Shown one piece after another: positions 51,086-63,198 of a stretch of DNA of 64,000 bases. Position numbers and translations under genes: made by a program. The DNA lies in NCBI RefSeq assembly GCF_036321535.1, contig NC_087437.1, positions 8,184,001 through 8,248,000 on the forward strand. Direction: 5' to 3'. Position 1 is the first letter of the stretch. Each line of letters starts with the position of its first letter. Below the pieces are notes generated by a model. The model saw only the letters and a program-made list of their open reading frames with translations. It was not told the DNA's origin and made no database searches. The stretch is from Camelus dromedarius (lineage: Eukaryota).

Positions 51086-52155
51086 GTTAGCCTGTAACAA
51101 TCTATATAATTTAATAAGTTTCTTCTCTTGTGGATCAAATGTTAGATGACCTATGTATGTATTTGCTGTATATAAGATGACATATATATTTATATTTTGC
51201 TTTAATAAACAGCAGACAAATGTCATTGAGCACATGTGAATTATTTCTGTAAGAGAGTTTCCCAGTAGTGCATTCGGGCCAAAGGGCAGGAACATTTCAA
51301 CTTGTCTTCTGAAAGGCTGCACCAGTGTCCCCTCCCATACGTGTGTACCAGTTGCATGCATGTTTCCTCACATCCTGGTTACTTTAGATATTAACAATGT
51401 CAACCTTTTATTTTTATTTTTTGCCATCATAATTACTGTGAGGAAATATCTCACAGGGCTTTTAATTTTTCATTTCTCCATTACCAGCTATGCTGACCAC
51501 TTTGTATAGGTTTATTTGCTATTAACATATATTTTTCTTTCACTTAGGTTTGCTGTTTTCTTTCTGTCAAACCTTTTTATTGTTCTGTAGATGATCTTTT
51601 TATGTTCTGGATCTTAATACTTTGATAAATGCATTGTAAGTGTATATTCTCTCAACTGATCTGACTTAACAAAATTCATAGATTAATTGGAAGAGAATTG
51701 ATATTTTTACAATATTGAGTCTTCCTTGAGAATTGATAGTTTTGCAATATTGAGTATTCCAAGAATAATGCATATTTCTTCATTTATTGGTCTTCAGTAG
51801 ACAGTTGTAGTTTTCTGTTTATGGGTCTTACTCATCTTGAAGATTTATTCCTAAGTATTTGATGGCTCTTGCTATTAAGATTTTTTTCCTATTACATTTT
51901 CCAAGTGGTTATTTCTGATATAAAATCTGTGTGTTGTATGTTGATCTTATATCCAGCCAATTTATTGTTTTTTTTTTTTTAGTTTTGATAATCTCTAAGC
52001 ATTGCCTGCCAATTTTCATGGTTTTTGTGTACTGATAGTACAGTGTTGAACTCTGGGCGTATTCAGGGCTTCCTTGTTTTGGTAACTTTAACAGGAACAG
52101 TTTCTTGTCTCTGTTCAGTATAATGTTTATTTTCAAGTTAAGATAATTTTCTTCT

Positions 52156-52309
52156 GGAGGGAGAGTGTAGCTCAAGTGGTAGAGTGCATGCTTAGCACAC
52201 ACAAGGTCCTAGGTTCAATCCCCAGTACCTCCTCTAAAGATAAATAAATAAATAAGTGAACCTGATTACCCCCCCAAGAAAACTTTTTTTAAAAATTAAT
52301 TAAAAAAAG
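52156..52309 (+). mobile_element. tRNA-derived SINE, long form
   Basis: GGAGGGAGAGTGTAGCTCAAGTGGTAGAG..GGTTCAATCCCCAGTACCTCC..AACCTGATTACCCCCC; TSD AAGATAATTTTCTTCT on both sides. Confidence 0.92.
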
Positions 52310-52359
52310 ATAATTTTCTTCTGTGCCAAATTTGCTATTTAAAAAAAAAATCTGAAATT

Positions 52360-52479
52360 GTGCTTGCTTTGGCAGCACATATATTAAAATTGAAGCAATA
52401 CAGAGAAGGTTAGCATGGCTCCTGCGCAAGGATGACATGCAAGTTTGTGAATCGTTCTGTATTTAAAAAAAAAAAAAAA
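52360..52479 (+). pseudogene. RNU6 (pseudogene): Full-length U6 snRNA processed pseudogene with poly(A) tail
   Basis: GTGCTTGCTTTGGCAGCACATATATTAAAATTGAAGCAATACAGAGAAGGTTAGCATGGCTCCTGCGCAAGGATGACATGCAAGTTTGTGAATCGTTCTGTATTT aligns end to end with U6; many of the differences are CpG transitions. A-tail 52465-52479. TSD A-run+TCTGAAATT / A-run+TCAGAAATT. No PSE/TATA upstream. Confidence 0.96.
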
Positions 52480-52643
52480 TCAGAAATTGATGCTGAGTAT
52501 TATGAAAAGTTTTTTTGGGCATCAACTGTAATTCTTTCATCTTCCTTTAATTTCTTAACATAATCAATTTGTTTCAAATGATCTATCTATGCATTCCTAT
52601 AACAAGCTTTAGTTATTATGTACCAATCAAGATGCATAATTTT

Positions 52644-53359
52644 ATTGGTGCAGCCACTATGGAGGACAGTATGGAGGTTCGTTAAAAAACTAAAAATAGA
52701 CTTACCATGTGATCCAGCAATCCCACTCCTGGGCATATACCTGGAGAATAATACAATTCAAAAAGACACATACACCCCAATGTTCACAGCAGCACTATTT
52801 ACAATAGTCAAGACATGGAAACAATGCAAATATCCATCAACAGATGACTGGATAAAGAAGACATGGTACATATATATGATAGAACACTACTCAGCCATAA
52901 AAAAGAACAAAATAATGCCATTTGCAGCAACATGGGTGGACCTGAAGATCGTCATTCTAAGTGAAGTGGGCTGGAAAAAGAAAGAAAAAAGCCATATATC
53001 ACTTACAGGTGAAATCTAAAAAAAATAATAATAAAAATAAGGACACAAATGAATTACTTATTATTAATAACTTAGATGATTGATTTCTTGAATATGTGTA
53101 AGCACATCTAACTGTCCTTTATGATTGAATCCCCGCATTCTGTTGATTTTTATTTTGTGGTTGGCTTTATTCCTTTGGTAACTTATGTAAGTTTAAAAAG
53201 CTAAAGCTCTAATCTGTTCTTAGAAACAATGATCAGTACATATATATATAAACTAAAAAAAAATGCAGTATATTGTATATATGTATTTACATACAATATA
53301 TTGTACACGTGCAGTCAAATTGTAACAATTCTACCTAATAAAACTGGAAAAGAAAAAAA
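52644..53359 (+). mobile_element. 5'-truncated L1 (ORF2 C-terminus plus distinctive AT-rich 3' UTR)
   Basis: ORF-track [32 protein letters not shown]...; TSD AAGATGCATAATTTT (52629-52643) / AAGATGCATGATTTT (53360-53374). Confidence 0.92.
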
Positions 53360-53584
53360 AAGATGCATGATTTTGATTGTGTACTGTTGAATTTGATTGA
53401 CAAATATTTTATTTCTGTTTTTGTGAGGTTGAGCTGGTGACTTTTTCCATGCTTTTTGCTCTCTGTATGTTGTGTTAGTGTCAGGGTTATACTAAATTCA
53501 TAGAATGATATGAGAGTTTTTAAAAAAATTCTTTTTCTAATGCGTTGCCCTTTGGCACAGTCTACAATACATAGGAACGAACTG

Positions 53585-53893
53585 GTCTCCTGCTGGCTAA
53601 TATGGTAGCCACTAGCCACAAATGACTTGAGCACCTGCCACCATTTGAATTGAGATGTACCATGTCAGACATCGCTTGGAGTTTTGAAGACTTAGCATAA
53701 AAAAAATTTGTAAAATGCCGTATTCATAATGTTTTTATACCAATTCACATGTTGAGATGATAATATTTTAGACATTATAGGCAATATATATATTACTTAA
53801 ATTAGTTTTACCTACTTCTTTTACTTTTTAAAATGTGGCTACTGGAAAATTTTAAATTTTTTCTGTGGTTCACATATTTATGTTGGACAGCCC
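53585..53893 (-). mobile_element. MER33-like hAT element
   Basis: atatggtagccactagccaca..ttgaagacttag..aatgtggctactggaaaatttt..ttggacagc. Confidence 0.8.
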
Positions 53894-54919
53894 TTGAGAG
53901 TAACTAGAACTTTCCCATAAAACCATCTGGACCTGGGTCCTTTTTTAGGAGTAGATCTTTGACTACTTTTTTCTTTCTTCTAGGGTTTTTAGAAAATTTA
54001 CTACTTATTAAATCAGGGTTGATAATTTATGTTTTCCAAGGAACTCACTGGGTTTCCTCTAGTTTATCAAATTGATTGGCATAAAGTTCTACAGAGTACT
54101 TATTTAGCTATAAAATAAATCTGTAGTTTTATCTCCTTTTTTTTTTTTTTTTTTTTTTTTTGCTATGCTCTCCCAACCTCCTTGATTAGACTTGCCAAGA
54201 GTTTGTTTAATGTTTTCTTTCAAAAACCAACCATGGTTATACTGGTTAGGTGTATGATTTTGCTCATTATTGATTTCCTTAAAAATTTTTTACCTTAATT
54301 TCTTTCATCTGTTTTCCTTGAGTGTGTTACTTTTCCCCCTAGATTATTGAGTTGAATGGTTAGTTTATTTATTTTTAATCTTTCTGTTTTTTCCACAAGT
54401 TCATTGAAGGATCTATGTTTTCCTTTAACTGTGGCCTTAACCATGTCCCATGGACTTTGATACACGGTGCTTTTGCTGAGGGATTGTGTACATGAAACCT
54501 GGCCATTTCTCTCTCTTCGCATCCAGTCAGTTATGAAAATGTCCCCTGCGATCACCCAGTGAGCATTTTGAGTAATTTCCATCATTCTCACGTATCGTGG
54601 GAATGGAGCTGATTTGTTCTGTGAGGAGCATGACTTTTCATTTGTAAACGGTCCAGTCTTGTTCAGTCAGAGCTGTGGCCAATTTCACAGTGACTGGGGC
54701 CAGTATCCGCTGGCTGCTTTCATTGGTTGCATACTCTTCAAGTCCTTGCTTTAAAGTATTAACCGTCATAGTTCATCATGGCTTATAAAGCTCTTGTCCC
54801 ATCTCCTCCTTCACCCGACATGCACTCCTGGCATATTATCATCTTCTTTATTACCACCTCCATTCGTTCAGTGCCTCCTGCATTAATTACTTAGTGCCCC
54901 CAAAAGTTTTGTGAGAGAG

Positions 54920-56045
54920 ATATTTTTATACTCATTATATAGGTTTATACTCATTATATAGATTTTTATACTCATTATAGAGATTTTCTTTCATTTTTCA
55001 GTTTAATTAGGTAAAATTGATACAACTTGACCGCACATTTACAATATTGCATGTAAATACATATATACAATATACGGCACATATTTTTTAAAATGTACGT
55101 ATACGTACTGTTCGTTGTTTCTAAGAACAGTTTAGGGCTTTAGCTTTTTAAACTTAAGTAGCTATCAAAGGAATAAAGCCAACTAACACAATAAGAATCA
55201 ACAGAATGCAGTCATCCAGGCATAAAGGACAGTCAGATGTGCTTACACATATTCAAGAAATCAGTCAGCTAAGTTATAAATATTAAGTAGTTCACTTGTG
55301 TCATTTTTTTAGATTCCACATGTGAGTGGTATCATGTGGCATTTTTCTCTTTCTAACTACATCGCTTAGAATGACGATCTTCAGGTCCATCCATGTTGCT
55401 GCAAATGGCATTATTTTATTCTGTATTTATTTATATATATACCACATTTTCTTTATCCAGTCATCTGTTGATGGACATTTGAGTTATTTCCATGTCTTGG
55501 CTATTGTCAGTAATGCTGCTATGAACACTGAGGTGCATGTCTTTTTGAACTTATTTTTCTCTGGTTATATGCCCAGGAGTGGGACTGATGGATCATATGG
55601 TAAGTCTGTTTTTAGTTTTTTAAGGAATCTCCATACTGTCCTCCTTAGTGGCTGCACCAATTTACATTCCCACCAACAGTGAAGGAGGGTTCCCTTTTCT
55701 CCACACCCTCTCCAGCATTTATCGTTTGTAGACTTTTTAATGATGGCCATTCTGGCTAGTGTGAGGTGATGCCTCATTATATAGATACTTTTATACTCAT
55801 TATATATATAATCATTATAGAGAGTACATTTTATATTCTTTATTTTTGTACTCATATAGGTATTTCTATACTCATCATACTCATTATATTTTACTCATAT
55901 AGTTATTTTATACTCATAGATTTTTTAATACCCATTATGCATTCATTATATTTTATACTTATTATATAGATATTTTTTCACATACTCATTTTATACTCAT
56001 TATATTTTATACTCATGATATATTTTTATATTCCTCATATAGATT
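54920..56045 (+). repeat. Degenerate AT-rich minisatellite (unit about TTTTATACTCATTATATAGA), split by the L1 at 54985-55775
   Basis: Repeated TATACTCAT cores at 54921-54982 and 55772-56043. Confidence 0.85.
54985..55775 (-). mobile_element. 5'-truncated L1 of the same subfamily as 52644-53359, opposite orientation
   Basis: ORF-track [43 protein letters not shown]; its 3' UTR is reverse-complementary to 53040-53350. Confidence 0.92.
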
Positions 56046-56744
56046 GGGAAGCTAAGGGAGATTAAGTGATTTGCCCCGGGTTCATACAGTTAGTAAATTT
56101 TGGAGCTAAGACTTGAAACCGCATTTATTCAACTGCAAGGCCCACCCCCGTGAGCACGACTTGATGCTGAGTACTGTCCCCTGCAGCCTTTCTCCCCACT
56201 TCCAGCTAAGACGAAACACTTTGCTGACAGTGAGTTGGCCTCCTTTCCTTCCCCCGTGGCTTCTGTGGGCTGATTCAGGGCAGGGTGCTGAGCAGTGGGA
56301 GAGGAAGGGAGCCTCCCTTGCAGGAGGCCGGACAGGACCCCTCCCCAGAGTCTCCGGCCAGCCTCTCGTGATGGAGGAGTGTGTCAACCCTCCGTCCCTG
56401 CCCCTGTGCCCTTCTCTCCATCCAGCTCTCTCCACGCCTGCAGAGTCTGAGGGAGGCAGTATATCCTGAAAGGACTTTCTAGTTCTTAGGCTTTGCTGCA
56501 GGAAGACCCAGTCTCTTCCTACCAGGTTATCTGAGGAAATTTCCAGGCATCTGTTTGCTCAGCAGAACTTGAGGAAGAATAGGTATGCGTTTCCTCTGTG
56601 ATTCAGTCCCAAAGTCTTATCTGTTTTAGGCTAATGGATCTCAACCTTTTGTTTTTAATTTAGGTTTGAGTTTCAAGGTAAATATTATGACATAAGAAAA
56701 GTAAGGGTTCTATTTGTGATGTGTTTGTTTATGTTGGTAATTCT

Positions 56745-57182
56745 ATTTTACTTTTTTATTTTTATTGTTTTTATTGAAGTATAGTTGATTTACAATGTTG
56801 TGGTAGCTTCTGCTGTAACAACACAATGACTCAGTTATACATAAATATATATTTCATATTGTTTTTCATTATAGGTTATTACAAGATATTGAATATAGCT
56901 CCCTGTGCTATACAGTAGGTCCTTGTTGTTTATCTGTTTTATATACAGTAGTTTGTATCTGCTAATCCCAAACTCCTAATTTATCCCTCCCCACTCCCTT
57001 TCCCCCCTGGTAACCATAAATTTGTTTTCTGTGTCTCTGAGTCTGTTTCTGTTTTGTAAATTAGTTCATTTGTATCATTTTTTTAGATTCCGCATATAAG
57101 TAACATCATATGATGTTTGTCTTTCTCTTACTTACTTTACTTAGTATGATCATCTCTAGGTCCATCCATGTTTCTGCAAATG
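56745..57182 (-). mobile_element. Lineage-specific L1 3' end
   Basis: T-rich tail, ttattgaagtatagttgatttacaatgttgtg...; imperfect TSD ATGTTGGTAATT / ATGCTGGTGATT. Confidence 0.85.
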
Positions 57183-60039
57183 CTGGTGATTTTAGAATCT
57201 TAAACAATACACGTTCTTCTGTCCCCCTCACCGACATCCTAGAAAATTGTGACACGGAGGAGGAGTAGACCAACCCCCACCCCCCGTTCCGCCTCAGTCT
57301 CTCTGCATTGCTGCTCTCGTGCTGCATGAAAATGGTCTGGAGGAAGCAGGTACCCGTGTGTTTAACTGTACAGGAGGCGGGAGGTGAGAGGTGTGCTCAG
57401 AACAAGTGCACGTGCTATTTCCTCTTGACTGAGCTGCCCTCCCCTCCCCACTCGAAGGGCACATGTCTGCAGAGATCTCTCTGACGTGCCCCTATAAGCA
57501 TTGTCTTTTCAATGGATCCATTACTAGTATCCCTTCCTTTGAGATCAGAGATGCTCTACCTCGGCTACATGTTGGAAACAGTTGCTAAAAGTACTGGTGT
57601 GTGGGTTTTATCCCCTGAGCTTCTGATTTCAGTGGTCTGGGCTCAGGGGTGGGCCTCAGGCTTCAAGGAGTTCTCCAGCCACGCCAGGTGCCTCTAAGGT
57701 TGAGGACCCCCGGGGGTGGACTTTTCATTTCTGCAGAGGTTTCTTGTGTCCTCAGCATCCAGTCCCGTGAGTGACACGCAGCGGGGGCTCTGTGTCTGAG
57801 AGTGAGTAGACGGTGCCCCAGAGAGTGGGAAAGGCTGGCGTTTTATCTGCTCCTTCCCCTCTCCTCCCTGGGCTTTCTTCCACCCCCCCACCCCCGCCAG
57901 AGGCAGGGAAAACACACCTCATTCGCCTTGTCTTCTGAGATAATCCAGTCCTAACACCGTCTGTGTGAGAAGCCTCGGGGAGGTCCCGGCAGCCACACGT
58001 ACCTCTGAACCGGACAGTGACGTTTCGTCCAGGTTGGTGGCTCTCTTAGGAGAAGTGGAGGATGCGGGCCAGCAATTGCTTTTGGATCGATTCTCAGCAA
58101 GCTGGCTTCCGAAGCTCCCTTGTAAGGAGGAACTTTGTGCTTAACTAGGTCACCGTCTCTCTGAGAATCTGGAGTGACAGATGCTGGCTCTGGTGGGTTT
58201 GATTCTGGTCCATGCAGAGTTCCTGCCAGTTTTGCTTCCTGCCCGGAGCCAGCCAGCCAGCCTGCCAAAGAAGGAGACTTGGGCTGCGGTTCCAAGTTTG
58301 CCCAGATGCAAAATCCATCCTGGTGGTCAGAAGCTAAAGTGTTTTCTGAGGCAAATGAGGACAGCCTCCCAAGTCACGCGGTTCCTTGGGGTTTTGAACC
58401 TCAGTCATTATCCAGCTGCCCCCAAGTTGTGGAGTAAATCTGGGTCCTTCTGAGGTTATGAAACCCTTGGCTAGGCAACTTGGCAACTTTATGATAATTC
58501 AAGGAGCGCTCTCTGCGCTCTTGGTGGGCCTTGGTGGAGGTGTGGCATTCCTTTCCACCCAGGTGTCAGAGAGATGCATCCGTTCTGGGTTGTATTAATG
58601 ATTGTGTTTCCCTGTGTACCAGAACACGTTGTGGTTCCTGGACTGGACGTTAAAAGGAGGAGGAAAAAGGATGATTTGCTCATGTAAATTAGAGACCGAA
58701 ACCTGGATGGAATTTTTTTTCCTCAATGATTGCTGTTAAAGAAAACAAGGAAGTAAGGGTGGTTTACCCTAATGCCTAAAGGAAAAAGTGAGAGAGAGAA
58801 AGGAATGAGTTTGGAGACATCCTGTCTTGCCCTGGTGATCTGTCTCTGTCCCTGTTTCAAGCCTGGGGGATCCTGTCTGAGAGGAGGAGGAGAGATCAGG
58901 GAACCAGGAGAAAGGCCTTATCATTGCCTGGCTGCCTTGTAGGATAGCCACCACTCGCCTTCTCCAGCTCTTCCCCTTGCTCCCCGGGCTCTAGCCTCGC
59001 TGGCTGTGGCTCTCTGTGGAGCACACCGGCCACGCCCTCACCGTTGTCTAGGCTGTTCCCTCTGCCTGGGATGCTCTTCCACCAGATCGCTAAGTGGTCC
59101 AGTCTTTGCTTTGATGCCGGCTTCTCAGAAAGGCCTGGTTAGAACTGCACGTTCGATCTCCCTCTCCCCCGAACTCCCCTGTGCCCGTCTCTCCATCTTG
59201 CTTTTCGGGTGCAGTCACCGCCTCGTGTCCTGTATGATGTGCTTATTTGTGTTGCCTGTTTGCCCTGTCCCCGCCACCCCAGTGTCAGCTCCGCGAGGAC
59301 AGACGGGATCTTGCTTCGTTTCCTTTTACACCCAGCAGAAGTCGCTGGCAGAGCGTGGCCCTCAGCACGTGCTGTGGCGTGAGTGACTCGGCGTGCGTAG
59401 TAATTCTTTGGCCGAGAATGTAGCTCTCCGAACTCGGAGTGTTCTGGCCGGCGCTGCTTTCTCCTTGGAGGTTGGGCCTGCTGTACTCGGCTGGGAATCT
59501 TCTGTTGTCACTTTCCTTTCTCTAACCAGAGGCCTCTTTGGAAAGGGTCTGCCCAACTGCTCAGGGCCGCTGGAGGCTGGGAGCTCTCCCACCGCCGGGA
59601 GAGGAGTGGCCCTCGCGGGCTGGTTCCCTCCACTCCTGCAGAGATGGTAGGGATGCTTTCTTGGGAGCGAGTCCTCAAGAACATGGCCTCTGAGGCCTTT
59701 CCAGTCTCTGAAGAGGTGGGTGACTCACTGCAGAGAATGTCAGGGCCCAGCTGAGCCTAGTAGCAGAGCAGTGGGGGTGGCAGCTGGTCCTGCCTGATGC
59801 CTGGCCACGTGAGAGGCTCCCCGGAGCTACTCCGGGGGGCTGCTCTGCTGGGGTTGCTGACACGGGGCCCTTCCCCTGGCCCATCCGTGTCCATCTTGTG
59901 ATGACATGTGAGGAGCAGTCAGGTGGGGCTTGCCAGAGTCACTGGGCCCGCTGAAAGGGTTTATGATCAAAAGCCTTCTTCCACCTTGACCTTTTCTTCT
60001 TTCACCTTCATCTTTGACCCTTCTTGCCTTGCCAATTAT

Positions 60040-60159
60040 TCTTTCTTTTCTTTTCTTTCTTTTTTTTTTAAATTATTTTTTAATTGGAGGTACTGGGGAT
60101 TGAACCCAGGACCTCGTGCATGCTAAGCATGTGCTCTACCACTGAGCTCTCCCCTCCCC
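60040..60159 (-). mobile_element. tRNA-derived SINE
   Basis: ggaggtactggggattgaacccaggacctcgtgcatgctaagcatgtgctctaccactgagct, close to the family consensus inferred from other copies. Confidence 0.92.
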
Positions 60160-60416
60160 ACTATTCTTTCCTTTCTTACTCTCCTAGACATGTGTACCCT
60201 TCGGAAACTGTTCTGTCTTGGAGAATTGTCTGTATGATGTCAAGGCAGCAGGCATTCTGGAATTTTCTGTAAATCAGACTTCCATTAACTGCAGCCATCT
60301 GGTCCATGAGGACGTGGAGTGTGGGGACATCTAAAGCAGGGAGAAAAGATGTCTCAGGGAGAAAAAGACCGAATGCAAAGCTCAGGAACAAAAATCTATA
60401 CAGTTTGTTTAAAGGC

Positions 60417-60720
60417 CAGTGCTGTCCAGTTGAAGTGTAATGGGAACCACGTGGGTAATTTTGAATGTCCTGGCAGCCACATTAAAAAAGGGAACAGAAA
60501 CAGGTCCAATGAATTTTAGTGTCTTTTATTTAACTCTGTGTATCTAAAATATTGAGATTTCAACATGTAATGAATGTGAAAATTATTAATGAGATTTTTT
60601 TTTACACCAATCTAACTCTGGTGTGTGTTTTACACCTACCATGCATTTCAGTTTGCACAAACCATATTTCAGGTGCTCAATGGCCACATGTGACTTGTGA
60701 CTCCCGTATTGGACAGTGTC
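60417..60720 (+). mobile_element. MER33-like hAT element, near full length
   Basis: cagtgctgtcca ... tggccacatgtg..ccgtattggacagtg termini; internal agccacattaaaaaa..aacagg. Confidence 0.85.
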
Positions 60721-61699
60721 CCTAGAAGTCTCTTACCGCGAATGAATCAGCCTGTGTTTCTTCTTATTCTAATGATTAATTTTATGGTTTTCCAGCCATA
60801 GCAGATTTGAAGCAGTATATAGATGGAGAGAGGGGTGGAGTGGTAAAGGATAGCAGGGTATGGGCAGAAGAATTCTAAGTGGCTGGAGTCACTCAGTGCA
60901 AGCCTGCTAGCCTCCCACCCCTGCTGACCCCCAAGTCCCCAGTGTGGTAGCTTGGCAGGATCACTGGGAACAATTGATATCTTTCCATGCTTGTCCTCTA
61001 CTTCATAACCCACGTCATCACAAAAAGGCTAGATTTGTATTCAAATTTGTGTTCTCTAAGAAGGTAGGGAAGTGTGAAGTATATGTGGAAAAAGTTAAGA
61101 TTCTGTCAAGTGTTGGTAAAATAATAGTACGGGGAATTTGGGAGGTACACAGGGCTCCCAGACTGTGATGAGCTCTCTCCACTGCCACAGAGGGCTTGGA
61201 GGAGCCCCCAAGTGTGGGCTTCAACTCGGCTCAAGTCCCTGAGATTGCTGGCTTCTTCAGTTCCACGGGGCAGGGCTGCAGCTGGCGTCTTGGGGCCTGT
61301 GAGGCTCAGCTGTGACCTGGGCCCCAGCTCTGTTGCAGGGACTTCAGGGGTCTCGCTTGTCCCTTTGGGAAGCTTAATGGATGGGCTCCCTTGGGATCCA
61401 CCACTCCATGGATGCTTGCTGGGGGCAGTGGTACCAAAGTGGGTGGGTCTGCTCTCTGTGCTGCCGTACGCAGCTTCCAGCCAGCAGAAAACAAACCAGT
61501 ACCAAAACCCCAAATGCCCAAGTCGCACATCCGCTTCGCCTTTTGTCTGTGCTTGTTTCTCGTGGATGTGTAGAACACGGTTAACGCAGGAGCGGGGAGG
61601 GTAGCTGTCATGTAACTAGTGTGTACGGTTCGTGTGTAAAACATTCAGACCACTGCTGCCTATTACCTAATTCTCTTTCTCTCTTTGTTCATTTTGCAG

Positions 61700-61826
61700 G
61701 CTGAGGAATCTTGTAAATGTAATGGCTGGAAAAACCCCAACCCGTCTCCCACGCCCCCCAGAGCTGATCTGCAGCAGATAATCGTCAGTCTGACGGAATC
61801 CTGCCGGAGCTGTAGCCATGCCCTGG
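61700..61826 (+). CDS. KAT2B: KAT2B coding exon 2 (127 nt), PCAF_N domain including Zn-ligand Cys/His residues
   Basis: Translation AEESCKCNGWKNPNPSPTPPRADLQQIIVSLTESCRSCSHAL. Polypyrimidine tract plus ttttgcag|G acceptor; donor CTG G|GTGAGT at 61827; phase 0 matches exon 1. Confidence 0.98.
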
Positions 61827-61949
61827 GTGAGTTCCTAAACTTTCACGGAAACTCTATGTCCTTGTTGCCTGAAAATTGTAACTTACTGAATTCCATGGCT
61901 TGACCAAACTTGTGCGCTTTCCCTCTATATGAGGCCACAACAAAAGAGA

Positions 61950-62120
61950 CTTTTTTTTTTTTCCTTTTTTAGGGGGCAGAGGGGAAAGTAATTAGGTTTG
62001 TTTACTTATTTAATTTATTTATTTATTCGTTTTTTTTTTTTTTAACGGAGTCACTGGGGATTGAACCCAGGACCTCTTGCATGCTCAACAAGAGCTCTAC
62101 CACTGAGCCGTACCCTCCCC
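61950..62120 (-). mobile_element. tRNA-derived SINE, long form
   Basis: Poly-T, gtaattaggtttg, ctggggattgaacccaggacc...ccactgagccgtaccctcccc. Confidence 0.88.
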
Positions 62121-62732
62121 ACCAAGAGAGTCTCGTGACTTTGCCAGGAAGGCTTCACGTGAGAGGCAAAGCCTGCGCTGTTTGCATGGATTCCTCATCT
62201 GTCTCCTCCCCATTTTCCCCAAGAACGTGGTTGCGTGGGGCTGCGGGGAGAGGGAACTGCCTAATAAGATGCAGCGCGGCAACTGAGCTGGTCAGAGTAA
62301 CACTGAACACGTCCTGATTCATTCTGAGTCTCGTTAGCATTATGAGTCTCTGATTCCCTGAACTTTCTGGGAGTGCTTCGTCTTATCTTCACATTTTTTT
62401 TTTTTTAGTTTCCTGTGTCTGGTAGCTCTTGTCTTCCTTGGGGCTGTGTTTGGTAAATATTTACTTGTGTTTTCCCTTTCAGCTTTATCTGTCCCTGCTA
62501 GATAATCATTGTCAGCCTGGTGAGATAGACTCAGTGGGAAGGTGCTAGTGTGTTCTGTGTCCCAATACTCCCCTTAGGATAAAACATGTTTTTAAATTGT
62601 ATTTTACTGGAGTGGATAAAAGTTACTGGGTAATTAGTGTTGCCTAGAAATGAAAATTCCAGGTCACGAGGGATCTTGGAACATTGTACTTCCTTTTTTT
62701 TTTTTTTCTTTCCTGCCTTCAGTTATCCAGTC

Positions 62733-63198
62733 TGTAAATATGAAAAAACATGAAAGCAGGAAAGAATTCAAGAGCAAGCCATAGGAAAGTGAAAGCGAGT
62801 TTATTTAGGGAGACGCACATTCCCTCGGCAGAACGCAGCCTGTCTGAGCAGGGAGAGCGGCCCCGGGGTGCGGGGGTGGTGGGTTTGCGGACTGGGCAAT
62901 TTCACAGGCAAGTGGGAGGATTATTTAGCTGTTTTGTGTAAGGGGTGGGGATTCCTAGGAATTGGGCCCCCACTCAGTTTTTGGCCTTTTATGGTCAGTC
63001 TGGGAGCTGTCAAGGCACCAGTGGGTGTGTCACCTAACAGCTAATGTACTGCAGTGAGCACATAATGAGGTTCAAGGTCCACTGAAGTCGAATCTTCCGC
63101 CATCTTGGGCCTACTTGGCTCTGACCCGTTTATGTCGTATCCTTGATGGCTGTGTCATTCTTCTGATGGCTGTGCCCTGCCCCCGCCCTCCTGTCTCA
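62733..63198 (-). mobile_element. ERV1 solo LTR (MER41-like)
   Basis: aagaattcaagagcaagcc..gaaagcgagtttattt; cgccatcttg; ends ctcctgtctca, resembling antisense MER41/ERV1 LTRs. Confidence 0.7.

Noticed and set aside
51687..51761. Tandem duplication of about 38 bp (GAGAATTGATA..CAATATTGAGT..TTCC)
   Set aside because: Local slippage duplication inside an old antisense L1 fragment; no sign of function.
52360..53359. U6-L1 chimeric retrocopy
   Set aside because: U6 has its own poly(A) and TSD; the L1 has a separate TSD and is about 160 nt away.
54920..56045. CRISPR-like or other spaced repeat array
   Set aside because: Degenerate head-to-tail units without unique spacers, in mammalian DNA; it is a minisatellite.
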